Origin: Macrostomum lignano
Lineage: Eukaryota
Direction: 5' to 3'
NCBI GenBank assembly: GCA_002269645.1
Contig: NIVC01002284.1
Coordinates: 124,001 to 188,000 of the forward strand
Length of the DNA stretch: 64,000 bases
The translations under genes were made by a program, and so were the position numbers. Shown here in pieces: positions 24,801-39,800 of the stretch. The notes below the pieces were generated by a model. It ran no database searches, was not told the origin of the DNA, and worked only from the letters and a program-made list of their open reading frames with translations. Within the stretch, counting starts at the first letter, position 1, and each line of letters starts with the position of its first letter.

Positions 24801-27800
24801 GAAGTCAAGACTTACTGGAGGAATTACTGAGATTCGAGACTTACTGGGGAATTACTGAGACTTCAAGGCTTACTGGGGGAATTGCTGAGATTTCAAGGCT
24901 TTCTTGGATGAATTGCTGAGATGTCAAGGCTTACTGGGGAAATTGCTTAGACTTCAAGACTTACTGGAAGAATAACTGAGATTCGAGACTTACTGGGGAG
25001 TTACTGAGATTTCAAGGCTTACTGGGGGAATTGCTGAGATGTCAAGGCTTACTGAGAGGAATTGCTGAGATGTCAAGGCTTACTGGGGAAATTATTGAGA
25101 TGTTATCAAGGCTTATGGCATATTGAGCTCCTGCTGCGGACCAGAATATGCCCAGGCCAATGACGATATGCCCTAAGAGTTTGTGCTTGAAAGGATAAGT
25201 ACTATTTGCTGAATGAGAAAGGGTTTTGGGCTGATGAAGGAAACTTTGGCTGGTGAAGGTTTTGATTCATGGCAATTTATTTTTGCCAAAAATTTGAAAA
25301 AGTAAGTTTTGATTGGATTTTGAATAATAAGTAAGGTGATTACTCATTGGCCAAAATAAAAACCACTTGGCGTCATTTTTGCGCCCCCCATCGGGGGGCG
25401 AAGATTGCTAGTCCTATATACTAAAAATGAGTTGTCTGTATGTGGGTAGGTATGCGATAGATTTCGGAAAAAATGGCTCAACCGATTTTCTTCAAACTTG
25501 CACCATTCGATCAGAAATTTTCCTGGGACGGTACATGCATCTTGGCTAAGAAATTGCTCAATTTTAAAGGGATTAAATATTCGAAAAACATGCTTTTTTG
25601 CAAAGGTCAAGCAAAATTTTCGACTTGAAATGCATTGTAAGAATGCTAGAGAAAAAACTGACTGGCTGAATTTCAATTGCGATAAAGATTGCATCACAAC
25701 AAGGTGAAAACAGTGCCACAGAAACGCACACAAGACTTGATTAAAATTGCGTAACAATATTGCCAACTTAAATTAAGACTGATACTGGCTGACTGAGAAA
25801 TTGATTATGTCATAAATTTTTACTCTAACCGACTTGCTGTAAGAATTGAATTATAAGGGCCACAATTCATGTGCTCCAATTGAAAAAAGATAGCCTAGAT
25901 GCGAACAGACTGGACTGCTAATGTAGCGACCTGGGTTCGAATCTTGGTAGCGCAAAATGATTTTTTTATTAAAACACCTTAAAAACAAAAAACTGCTAAA
26001 CATAAAAGAAGCGCAATGTCAAACATACAAGAGCCACCATGTCAAACATAAAAGAGCCACCATTTCGAACAAAAAAAAGAGTTACCATTAAGAACATTAA
26101 AGAGCCACCATGTCGAACATTAAAGAGCCACCTTATCAAACATTAAAGAGCCCCCATGTCGAACATAAAAGATCTACCATGTAGAACATAAAAGAGTCAC
26201 CATGTCAAACATTAAAGAGCCACCATGTAAAACATTAAAGAGCCACCATGTCAAACATTGAAGAGCCACCATGTCAAACATAAAAGGGCCACCATGTCAA
26301 ATATTAAAGAGCCACCATGTAAAACATTAAAGAGCCACCAGGTCAAACATAAAAGGGCCACCATGTCAAACATAAAAGAGCCACCATTTCGAACAAAAAA
26401 AAGAGTTACCATTCAGAACATTAAAGAGCCACCATGTCGAACATTAAAGAGCCACCATGTCGAACATTAAAGAGCCACCTTATCAAACATTAAAGAGCCA
26501 CCATGTCGAAACATTAAAGAGCCACCATGTCAAACATAAAACAGACACCATTAAGAACATTAAAGAGCCACCATGTCGAACATTAAAAAGCCACCATGTC
26601 GAACATTAAAGAGCCACCTTATCAAACATTAAAGAGCCACCATGTCGAACATAAAAGATCTACCATGTAGAACATAAAAGAGTCACCATGTCAAACATTA
26701 AAGAGCCACCATGTAAAACATTAAAGAGCCACCATGTCAAACATTGAAGAGCCACCATGTAAAACATTAAAGAGCCACCAGGTCAAACATAAAAGGGCCA
26801 CCATGTCAAACATTAAAGAGCCACCATGTAAAACATTAAAGAGCCACTATGTCGAACATAAAAGAGGTACCATGTCAAACATTAAAGAGCCACAATGTCA
26901 AAAATTAAAGAGCCACCATGTCGAAGATTAAAGTGCTACCATGTCAAACATAGAAGAGCCACCATTTCAAACCTTAAAGAGCCACCATGTCGAACATTAA
27001 AGAGCCACCATGTCGAACATTAAAGAGCCACCATGTCAAACATTAAAGAGCCACCATGTCAAACATTAAAGAGCCACCATGTCGAACATAAAAGATCTAC
27101 CATGTAGAACATTAAAGAGCCACCATGTCGAACATAAAAGATCTACCATGTAGAACATAAAAGAGTCACCATGTCGAACATTAAAAAGCCACCACGTCGA
27201 ACATTAAAGAGCCACCATGTCGAACATAAAAGATCTACCATGTAGAACATAAAAGAGCCACCATGTCGAACATTAAAAAGCCACCATGTCGAACATTAAA
27301 GAGCCACCATGTCGAACATAAAAGATCTACCATGTAGAACATAAAAGAGTCACCATGTCAAACATTAAAGAGCCACCATGTCGAACATTAAAGAGCCACC
27401 ATGTCAAACATTAAAGAGCCACCATGTCAAACATTAAAGAGCCAGCATGTCAAACACTAATGAGCCAGCATGTCAAACATAAAAGAGCCACCATGTCGAA
27501 CATTATTGAGCAACCATGTCAGACATTAAAGAGCCACCATGCCAAACATAAAAGAGCCAACATGTCAGACATTAAAGAGCCACCATATCAAACATTAAAG
27601 AGCCACAATGTCAAACATAAAAGAGCCACCAAATCAAACATAAAAGAGCCACCATGTCAAACATAGAAGAGCCACCATGTCAAACATTAAAGAGCCACAA
27701 TGTCAAACACAAAAGAGCCACCATTTCAAACCTTAAAGAGCCACCATGTCGAACATTAAAGAGCCACCATGTCGAACATAAAAGAGCCACCATATCAAAC

Positions 27801-30800
27801 ATAAAAGAACTACCATGTCAAACATTAAAGAGCCACCATGTCGAACATTAAAGAGTCACCATGTCAAACATAAAACAGACACCAATAAAAACATTAAAGA
27901 GCCACCATGTCGAACATTAAAGAGCCATCATGTCAAACATAAAACAGCCACTATGTTGAACATTAAAGAGCCACCATGTCAAACATAAAACAGAGCCACC
28001 ATTTCGAAAAGTAAAGAGCCACCATGTCGAACATTAAAGAGCCACCATTTCAAACATAAAAAATCTACCATGAAGAACATAAAAGAGTCACCATGTCAAA
28101 CATTAAAGAGCCACCATGTAAAACATTAAAGAGCCACTATGTCGAACATAAAAGAGGTACCATGTCAAACATTGAAGAGCCACCATGTCGAACATAAAAG
28201 GGCCACCATGTCAAATATTAAAGAGCCACCATGTCAAACATTAAAGAGCCACCATGTCAAACATAAAAGAGCCACCATGTCAAACATTAAAGAGCCACCA
28301 TGTCAAACATTAAAGAGCCAGCATGTCAAACATAAAAGAGCCACCATGTCGAACATTATTGAGCCACCATGTCAGACATTAAAGAGCCACCATGCCAAAC
28401 ATAAAAGAGCCACCATATCAAACATAAAAGAACTACCATGTCAAACATAAAAGAGCCACCATGTCAACCATCAAAGAACCACCATATCAAACATTAAAGA
28501 GCCACCATGTCAAAAATTAAAGAGCCACCATGTCGAAGATTAAAGTGCTACCATGTCAAACATAGAAGAGCCACCATGTCAAACATTAAAGAGCCACAAT
28601 GTCAAACACAAAAGAGCCACCATTTCAAACCTTAAAGAGCCACCATGTCGAACATTAAAGAGCCACCATGTCGAAGATTAAAGTGCTACCATGTCAAACA
28701 TAGAAGAGCCACCATGTCAAACATTAAAGAGCCACAATGTCAAACACAAAATAGCCACCATTTCAAACCTTAAAGAGCCACCATGTCGAACATTAAAGAG
28801 CCACCATGTCGAACATAAAAGAGCCACCATATCAAACATAAAAGAACTACCATGTCAAACATTAAAGAGCCACCATGTCGAACATTAAAGAGCCACCATG
28901 TCAAACATAAAACAGACACCAATAAAAACATTAAAGAGCCACCATGTCGAAACATTAAAGAGCCACCATGTCAAACATAAAACAGACACTATTAAGAACA
29001 TTAAAGAGCCACCATGTCGAACATTAAAAAGCCACCATGTCGAACATTAAAGAGCCACCTTATCAAACATTAAAGAGCCACCATGTCGAACATAAAAGAT
29101 CTACCATGTAGAACATAAATGAGTCACCATGTCAAACATGAAAGAGCCACCATGTAAAACATTAAAGAGCCACCATGTCAAACATTGAAGAGCCACCATG
29201 TAAAACATTAAAGAGCCACCAGGTCAAACATAAAAGGGCCACCATGTCAAACATTAAATAGCCACCATGTAAAATATTAAAGAGCCACTATGTCGAACAT
29301 AAAAGAGGTACCATGTCAAACATTAAAGAGCCACAATGTCAAAAATTAAAGAGCCACCATGTCGAAGATTAAAGTGCTACCATGTCAAACATAGAAGAGC
29401 CACCATTTCAAACCTTAAAGAGCCACCATGTCGAACATTAAAGAGCCACCATGTCGAACATTAAAGAGTCACCATGTCAAACATTAAAGAGCCACCATGT
29501 CAAACATTAAAGAGCCACCATGTCGAACATAAAAGATCTACCATGTAGAACATAAAAGAGTCACCATGTCGAACATTAAAAAGCCACCATGTCGAACATT
29601 AAAGAGCCACCATGTCGAACATAAAAGATCTACCATGTAGAACATAAAAGAGTCACCATGTCAAACATTAAAGAGCCACCATGTCGAACATTAAAGAGCC
29701 ACCATGTCAAACATTAAAGAGCCACCATGTCAAACATTAAAGAGCCAGCATGTCAAACACTAATGAGCCAGCATGTCAAACATAAAAGAGCCACCATGTC
29801 GAACATTATTGAGCCACCATGTCAGACATTAAAGAGCCACCATATCAAACATTAAAGAGCCACAATGTCAAACATAAAAGAGCCACCAAATCAAACATAA
29901 AAGAGCCACCATGTCAAACATAGAAGAGCCACCATGTCAAACATTAAAGAGCCACAATGTCAAACACAAAAGAGCCACCATTTCAAACCTTAAAGAGCCA
30001 CCATGTCGAACATTAAAGAGCCACCATGTCGAACATAAAAGAGCCACCATATCAAACATAAAAGAACTACCATGTCAAACATTAAAGAGCCACCATGTCG
30101 AACATTAAAGAGCCACCATGTCAAACATAAAACAGACACCAATAAAAACATTAAAGAGCCACCATGTCGAACATTAAAGAGCCATCATGTCAAACATAAA
30201 ACAGCCACTATGTCGAACATTAAAGAGCCACCATGTCAAACATAAAACAGAGCCACCATTTCGAAAAGTAAAGAGCCACCATGTCGAACATTAAAGAGCC
30301 ACCATTTCAAACATAAAAAATCTACCATGAAGAACATAAAAGAGTCACCATGTCAAAAATTAAAGAGCCACCATGTAAAACATTAAAGAGCCACTATGTC
30401 GAACATAAAAGAGGTACCATGTCAAACATTGAAGAGCCACCATGTCGAACGTAAAAGGGCCACCATGTCAAATATTAAAGAGCCACCATGTCAAACATTA
30501 AAGAGCCACCATGTCAAACATAAAAGAGCCACCATGTCAAACATAAAACAGACACCATTAAGAACATTAAAGAGCCACCATGTCGAACATTAAAAAGCCA
30601 CTATGTCGAACATTAAAGAGCCACCATTTCAAACATAAAAGATCTACCATGAAGAACATAAAAGAGTCACCATGTCAAACATTAAAGAGCCACCATGTAA
30701 AACATTAAAGAGCCACTATGTCGAACATAAAAGAGGTACCATGTCAAACATTGAAGAGCCACCATGTCGAACATAAAAGCCACCATGTCAAATATTAAAG

Positions 30801-33800
30801 AGCCACCATGTCAAACATTAAAGAGCCACCATGTCAAACATAAAAGAGCCACATGTCAAACATTAAAGAGCCACCATGTCAAACATTAAAGAGCCAGCAT
30901 GTCAAACATAAAGAGCCACCATGTCGAACATTATTGAGCCACCATGTCAGACATTAAAGAGCCACCATGCAAACATAAAGAGCCACCATATCAAACATAA
31001 AAGAACTACCATGTCAAACATAAAAGAGCACCATGTCAACATCAAAGAACCACGATATCAAACATTAAAGAGCCACCATGTCAAAAATTAAAGAGCCACC
31101 ATGTCGAAGATAAAGTGCTACCATGTAGAACATAAAAGAGTCACCATGTCGAACATTAAAAAGCCACCACGTCGAACATTAAAGAGCCACCATGTCGAAC
31201 ATAAAAGATCTACCATGTAGAACATAAAAGAGTCACCATGTCGAACATTAAAAAGCCACCATGTCGAACATTAAAGAGCCACCAGGTCGAACATAAAAGA
31301 TCTACCATGTAGAACATAAAAGAGTCACCATGTCAAACATTAAAGAGCCACCATGTCGAACATTAAAGAGCCACCATGTCAAACATTAAAGAGCCACCAT
31401 GTCGAACATAAAAGATCTACCATGTAGAACATAAAACAGTCACCATGTCGAACATTAAAAAGCCACCATGTCGAACATTAAAGAGCCACCATGTCGAACA
31501 TAAAAGATCTACCATGTAGAACATAAAAGAGTCACCATGTCAAACATTAAAGAGCCACCATGTCGAACATTAAAGAGCCACCATGTCAAACATTAAAGAG
31601 CCACCATGTCAAACATTAAAGAGCCAGCATGTCAAACACTAATGAGCCAGCATGTCAAACATAAAAGAGCCACCATGTCGAACATTATTGAGCCACCATG
31701 TCAGACATTAAAGAGCCACCATATCAAACATTAAAGAGCCACAATGTCAAACATAAAAGAGCCACCAAATCAAACATAAAAGAGCCACCATGTCAAACAT
31801 AGAAGAGCCACCATGTCAAACATTAAAGAGCCACAATGTCAAACACAAAAGAGCCACCATTTCAAACCTTAAAGAGCCACCATGTCGAACATTAAAGAGC
31901 CACCATGTCGAACATAAAAGAGCCACCATATCAAACATAAAAGAACTACCATGTCAAACATTAAAGAGCCACCATGTCGAACATTAAAGAGCCACCATGT
32001 CAAACATAAAACAGACACCAATAAAAACATTAAAGAGCCACCATGTCGAACATTAAAGAGCCATCATGTCAAACATAAAACAGCCACTATGTCGAACATT
32101 AAAGAGCCACCATGTCAAACATAAAACAGAGCCACCATTTCGAAAAGTAAAGAGCCACCATGTCGAACATTAAAGAGCCACCATTTCAAACATAAAAATC
32201 TACCATGAAGAACATAAAAGAGTCACCATGTCAAACATTAAAGAGCCACCATGTAAAACATTAAAGAGCCACTATGTCGAACATAAAAGAGGTACCATGT
32301 CAAACATTGAAGAGCCACCATGTCGAACATAAAAGGGCCACCATGTCAAATATTAAAGAGCCACCATGTCAAACATTAAAGAGCCACCATGTCAAACATA
32401 AAAGAGCCACCATGTCAAACATTAAAGAGCCACCATGTCAAACATTAAAGAGCCAGCATGTCAAACATAAAAGAGCCACCATGTCGAACATTATTGAGCC
32501 ACCATGTCAGACATTAAAGAGCCACCATGCCAAACATAAAAGAGCCACCATATCAAACATAAAAGAACTACCATGTCAAACATAAAAGAGCCACCATGTC
32601 AACCATCAAAGAACCACGATATCAAACATTAAAGAGCCACCATGTCAAAAATTAAAGAGCCACCATGTCGAAGATTAAAGTGCTACCATGTCAAACATAG
32701 AAGAGCCACCATGTCAAACATTAAAGAGCCACAATGTCAAACACAAAAGAGCCACCATTTCAAACCTTAAAGAGCCACCATGTCGAACATTAAAGAGCCA
32801 CCATGTCGAAGATTAAAGTGCTACCATGTCAAACATAGAAGAGCCACCATGTCAAACATTAAAGAGCCACAATGTCAAACACAAAATAGCCACCATTTCA
32901 AACCTTAAAGAGCCACCATGTCGAACATTAAAGAGCCACCATGTCGAACATAAAAGAGCCACCATATCAAACATAAAAGAACTACCATGTCAAACATTAA
33001 AGAGCCACCATGTCGAACATTAAAGAGCCACCATGTCAAACATAAAAACAGACCCCAATAAAAACATTAAAGAGCCACCATGTCGAAACATTAAAGAGCC
33101 ACCATGTCAAACATAAAACAGACACCATTAAGAACATTAAAGAGCCACCATGTCGAACATTAAAAAGCCACTATGTCGAACATTAAAGAGCCACCATTTC
33201 AAACATAAAAGATCTACCATGAAGAACATAAAAGAGTCACCATGTCAAACATTAAAGAGCCACCATGTAAAACATTAAAGAGCCACTATGTCGAACATAA
33301 AAGAGGTACCAGGTTAAACATTAAAGAGTCACCATGTCAAACATAAAAGAGCCACCATGTCAAACATTAAAGAGCCACCATGCCAAACATTAAAGAGCCA
33401 CCATGTCAAACATTAAAGAGCCAGCATGTCAAACATAAAAGAGCCACCATGTCGAACATTATTGAGCCACCATGTCAGACATTAAAGAGCCACCATGCCA
33501 AACATAAAAGAGCCACCATATCAAACATAAAAGAACTACCATGTCAAACATTAAAGAGTCACCATGTCGAACATTATTGAGCCACCATGTCGAACATAAA
33601 AGAGCCGCAATGTCAAACATAAAAAAACCACCATGTCGAACATAAAAGATCTACCATGTAGAACATTAAAGAGCCACCATGTCGAACATAAAAGATCTAC
33701 CATGTAGAACATAAAAGAGTCACCATGTCGAACATTAAAAAGCCACCACGTCGAACATTAAAGAGCCACCATGTCGAACATAAAAGATCTACCATGTAGA

Positions 33801-36800
33801 ACATAAAAGAGTCACCATGTCGAACATTAAAAAGCCACCATGTCGAACATTAAAGAGCCACAATGTCAAAAATTAAAGAGCCACCATGTCGAAGATTAAA
33901 GTGCTACCATGTCAAACATAGAAGAGCCACAATGCCAAACACAAAAGAGCCACCATGTCAAACATAGAAGAGACACCATGTCGAACAACTGAGCCACCAT
34001 GTCAAACATAACAGAGACACCATGTCAAACATTAAAGAGCCACCATGTCAAACATTAAAGAACCACGATGTCAATCATTAAAGAGCCACTATGTCAAACA
34101 TATACGTGACTCCATATCAAACATTAAAGAGCTACCATGTCAAACATAGAAGAGCCACCATGTCAAACATAGAAGAGACACCATGTGTCCATGTCAAACA
34201 TAGAAGAGCCACCATGTCAAACATAAAAAGAAGTGTCATGCCAAACAAAATGAAGCCACTATAAAGCTAAGGAAATTATTGCACTAGCTACTTGATGTCT
34301 GGTGGATGCTTGCTATTTAAGGATGGATACTTGCTATCAGGGGGATGCTTGCTATCTGAGTGATGCTTGCTATTGGGGGAGGGATGCTTGCTATCGAAGA
34401 ATGCTTGCTATCTGGGGTAACTTGCTATTGGGGGATGCTTGCTCTTGGGGAGTGGAGGGTACTTGCTATCTGAGAGGGGGTTGCTAGCTATCTATAAGGA
34501 TTCTTTGTATCCAGGGATGCTTGCTATCTGGGGATGGTTGCATGCTGTCTGGGGATGCTTGCATGCTGTCTGGGGATGCTTGCATGCTGTCTGGGGATGC
34601 TTGCTATCTGGGCGATTCTTGCTATCTGGGAGATGCTTGCTATCTGGGGGATGCTTGCATGCTGTCTGGGGATGCTTGCTATCTGGGGATTCTTGCTATC
34701 TGGGGATGCTTGCGTGCTGTCTGGGATGCTTGCTATATCTGGGGGATTCGTGCTATCTGGGAGATGCTTGCATGCTGTCTGGGGATGCTTGCTATCTGGG
34801 GGATGCTTGCTATCTGGAAGATGCTTGCATGCTGTCTGGGGATGCTTGCTATTTGGGGGATTCTTGCTATTTGGGGGATGCTTGCTATCTGGGAGATGCT
34901 TGCATGCTATCTGGGTGATGCTTGCATGCTGTCTGGGGATGTTTTCTTTACAGATGGAATGTCTGTTGTCTTTGTGAAAGCTTTATTTCGCTGTCTTTTT
35001 GTTACTTTTAGAGAACAGATATTCTATTTAGATGTCCCCCATCGGGGGGCGAAGATTGCTAGTCCTATATACTAAAAATGAAATGTGTGTCTCTGTGAGA
35101 TAGATTTCAGAAAAAACGGCTTAACCGATTTTCTTCAAACTTGCACCATTCGATCAGAAATTTTCCTGGGACGGTACATGCATCTTGGCTAAGAAATTGC
35201 TCAATTTTAAAGGGATTAAATATTCGAAAAACATGCTTTTTTGCAAAGGTCAAGCAGCTCTTTCGACCTGAAATGCATTGTAAGAATGCTAGAGAAAAAA
35301 CTGACTGACTGAATTCTGATTCTGACAAAGATTGCATCACAACAAGTTGAAAACAGTGCCGAAGAAATGCACACACGACTTGAATGAAATTGCGTAACCA
35401 TATTGGCAACTTAAATTGAGACTGATTCTGGCTGACTGAGAAATTGATTATGTCATAACTTTTTACTCCAATTGACTTGCTGTAAGAATTGAATTATAAG
35501 GGCCACAATTTATGTTCTCCAATTGAAAAAGATAGCCCAGATGCGAACAGACTGGAATGCTAATGTAGCGACTTGGGTTCGAATCTTAGTAGGGCAAAAA
35601 AGATTTTTTTTTATTAAAACACCTTAAAAACACAAAACTTCTAAACATAAAAGAAGCGCAATGTCAAACATAGAAGAGCCACCATGTCGAACATAAAAGA
35701 GCTAACATATCGAATATTAAAGAGCCACCATGTCAAACCTAAACGAGCCACCATGTCTAATATTTAAGAGGCACCATATAAAACATATAAGTGACTTTAT
35801 GTCAAACATAAAAGAGCCACCATTTCTAACATTAAACAGCCACCATTTCGAAAATTAAAGAGCCACCATGTCGAAAATAAAAGAGTCACTATTTCGAACA
35901 TCAAAGAGCCACTATGTCAAACATTTAGGAGCCACTTTTTCGAACATTAAAGAGCCACCATGTCAAACATAAAAGAGCCAACATGTCAAACATAAAAGAG
36001 CCAACATGTCAAACATAAAGAGCCACCATGTCAAACATTTAAGAGCCACTATGTCAAACATATATGTGACTTTGTGTTAAACATTAAAGAGCCACCATGT
36101 CGAACATAAAAGAGCTAACATATCGAATATTAAAGAGCCACCATGTCAAACCTAAACGAGCCACCATGTCTAATATTTAAGAGGCACCATATAAAACATA
36201 TAAGTGACTTTATGTCAAACATAAAAGAGCCACCATTTCTAACATTAAACAGCCACCATTTCGAAAATTAAAGAGCCACCATGTCAAACATTTAAGAGTC
36301 ACTATTTCGAACATCAAAGAGCCACTATGTCAAACATTTAGGAGCCACTTTTTCGAACATTAAAGAGCCACCATGTCAAACATAAAAGAGCCAACATGTC
36401 AAACATAAAAGAGCCAACATGTCAAACATAAAGAGCCACCATGTCAAACATTTAAGAGCCACCATGTCAAACATATATGTGACTTTGTGTTAAACATTAA
36501 AGAGCCACCATTTCGAACATTAAAGAGCCACCATGTCAAACATGAAAGAGCTATAACATGAAGAATATTAAAGAGCCACCATGTCGAACATAAAAGAGCT
36601 GCCATGTAAAATAACAAAGAGCTACCAAGTTAAACATAAAAGAGCCACCATGTAAAACATTAAAGAGCCACCATGTGAAACATTAAAGAGCCACATTGTC
36701 AAACCTAGAAGAGCCACCATGTCGAACATAACAGAGCTACCATGTCAAACATTAAAGAGCCACCATGTCAAACATTCAAAAGTTACATTGTCAAACATTG

Positions 36801-39800
36801 AAGAGCCACTATGTCAAACATTTAGGAGCCACTTTGTCGAACATTAAAGAGCCAACATGTCAGACATTAAAAAAGCCACCGTATCAAATAAAAAGAGTTA
36901 ACATGTAGAACAAAAAAGAGCCACCATTTCGAACATAAAAGAGCCAACATGTCAAACATAAAGAGCCACCATGTCAAACATTTAAGAGCCACCATGTCAA
37001 ACATATATGTGACTTTATGTCAAACATTAAAGAGCCACCATTTCGGACATAACAGAGCTACCATGTAAAACATTAAAGAGCCACCATGTCAAACATTAAA
37101 GAGCCACCATGTCGAACATAAAAGAGCCACCATGTCAAACCTAAAAGAGCCACCATGTCGAAAATAAAAGAGCCACTATTTCGAACATTAAAGAGCCACC
37201 ATTTCGAACATTAAAGAGCCACCATGTCGACCATAAAAGAGCCACCATGTCAAACATGAAAGAGCTATAACATGAAGAATATTAAAGAGCCACCATGTCG
37301 AACATTAAAGAGCCACCATGTCGAACATTAAAGAGCCACCATGTCGAACATTAAAGAGCCACCATGTCGAACATTTAAGAGCCACCATGTTAAACCTAAA
37401 AGAGCCACCATGTTAAACCTAAAAGAGCCACCATGTTAAACCTAAAAGAGCCACCATGTTAAACCTAAAAGAGCCACCATGTTAAACCTAAAAGAGCCAC
37501 CATGTCAAACCTAAAAGAGCCACCATTTCGAACATATAAGTGACTTTATGTCAAACATTAAAGAGCCACCATGTCAAACATTAAAGAGCCACCATGTAAA
37601 ACAAAAGAGCCACCATTTCGAACATTAAAGAGCCACCATGTCAAACATTTAAGAGCCACCATGTTAAACATAAAAGAGCCACTATGTTGAACATTAAACA
37701 GCCATCATGTCAAACCTAAAAGATCCACAATTTCGAACACTTAAGAGCCACAATGTAGAATATTAAAGAGCTACCATGTCAAACATTTAAGAGCCACCAT
37801 GTCAAACATTTAAGAGCCACCACGTAAAACATTAAAGAGCCACTATTTGAAACATTAAAGAGTCACCATGTCAAACATTTAAGAGCCACCATGTCAAACA
37901 TTTAAGAGCCACTATGTCAAACCTAAAAGAGCCACCATGTCAAACCTAAAAGAGCCACCATGTCGAACATAAAAGAACCACCATGTCAAACCTAAAAGAG
38001 CCACCATGTCGAACATAAAAGAGCTATACCATGAAAAACATTAAAGAGCCACTTTCTCGAACATTAAGGAGCCACCATGTCAAACATTTAAAAGCCACCT
38101 TGTCAAACATTAAATAGCCACTTTGTCGAACATTAAAGAGTCACTGTGTCAAACATAAAAGAGCCACTGTTTCAAACATAAAAGAGCCACCAGGTTAAAC
38201 ATTAAAGAGCCACCATGTCAAACAATAAAGAGGCACCATGTCAAACATAAAAGAGCCACCATGTCTGACATTAAAAAGCCATCGTTTCAAACATAAAACA
38301 GTTGCCATGTAGAACTTAAAACAGCCACCATGTCAAACATAAAATTTACACAATTTCAAACATAAAAGTAAGCGAATTTTAAAGGAGCCACTATAATGCT
38401 AAGGAAATTATCGCACTAGCTACTTATTGTCTGGTGGATGCTTGCTATTTGGGGATGCTATCTATGTAGGGGATGCTTGCTATCTGGCGGATGCTTGCTA
38501 TCTGGGGGATGCTTGCTATCTGGGGGTTGCTTGTAATCTGGAAGATGCCTGCTATCTGGCGGATGCTTGCTATCTGGGGGATGCTTGCTATCTGGGGGAT
38601 GCTTGCTATCTGGGGGATGCTTGCTATCTGGGGGATGCTTGCTATCTGGGGGTTGCTTGTAATCTGGAAGATGCTTGCTATCTGGCGGATGCTTGCTATC
38701 TGGAAGATGCTTGCTATCTGGCGGATGCTTGCTATCTGGGGGATGCTTGCTATCTGGGGGATGCTTGCTATCTGGGGGATGCTTGCTATCTGGGGGTTGC
38801 TTGTAATCTGGAAGATGCTTGCTATCTGGGGGATGCTTGCTGTCTTGGGATGATTTCTTTTTGCTTCCTTTGAGTATTTTGTCTGTTTTTTTTTTGTGAA
38901 GGCCTTTTTTGGCTATCTTTTTGTTACTTGTAGAGAACAGAGGTTCTATACAGATGTCCCCCAACGGGGGGCGAAGATTGCTAGTTGCGTGCTAAAGGCT
39001 TGCAAACCGTAGGCAACAAGCGCACCCTATTGGAGAGACTTCTGCAGTCTCAAGGCTCAGTGGACACGGGACCCATCGATGAATCGGACACCAGCAATCC
39101 ATCGAGAAGGCGAGGGCCCGACGACGGGACGGCGGCGGTCGGCGGCGGCGAGGCGGCAGGAGGGACCCACGGGACTGGCGACCTGGACCGGGACCTGCGG
39201 GAGGCAGAGAAGCAGCTGCGCTTGCTGACAATTCGTCGGGACCAAGCGCGCCTGGAAGCCGAGATCCGTCAGCTGGACCGCCGTGCCGATGAGCCGCAGC
39301 GGCGACCTGCAAATGCCTCAGTGCCCGGTGAGTACTCAAGCCTTGAGGATTTAGTGCTGAGACCTACTGTCAGAGTGCCGGATGAGGTGCAGCAGGCGGG
39401 GCAGCAGCACCCGAATGCGTACCGGGTGCCGGAGTTCATCAGCGCTCGCAAGCGGCTGGCGCTGAACAAGTCAAGTCAAGCCAGCAAGCAGGCCGCCCTG
39501 GACAGCCTCTCGGTTGGCGACTGGATCACCGGAAACGCCAACGCGCTGATGCAGATGCTGAAGGACGGCAGACTCCTCGTCCTCCGTGATGGCGCTATCG
39601 ACATGTCGGAGCTGCTGGAGTACCTGAAGCACACGGCAAAAATTGGCGACCTCCTCGATCTCGGATTCGACCGCGGCCGCGTTTTGCGCTATGATGATGA
39701 GTACAGAGCGCAGCAGGCTGAGGCCGGCGCCTGGGACAGCTCGGTGACCGACCTGGGTCTGGTGGCGGCACACCTGATGGCTCCGAATCTTCAACTGCAG

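Larger units (their letters stand above)
20104..38984 (+). mobile_element. Head-to-tail array of four non-autonomous Helitrons (20104-23250, 23251-25411, 25412-35062, 35063-38984)
   Basis: 5' TC(C)TATATACTAAA ends; 3' CCCCCA-C/T-CGGGGG hairpin + ATTGCTAG ends; inserted between host A and T with no TSD; no Rep/helicase ORF. Confidence 0.9.

Noticed and set aside
23242-25393. CCCCCATCG on both sides of Helitron unit 2 as a possible 9-bp TSD
   Set aside because: The motif is the native 3' hairpin of both subfamilies (also present in the inverted copy) and the enclosed ends are not TIRs, so microhomology is the likelier explanation.
22370-38964. Many GDACYL, ISRLTGG and MSNIKEPPC repeat ORFs
   Set aside because: Translations of 18-, 21- and 23-bp satellites inside Helitrons; no splice or domain support.
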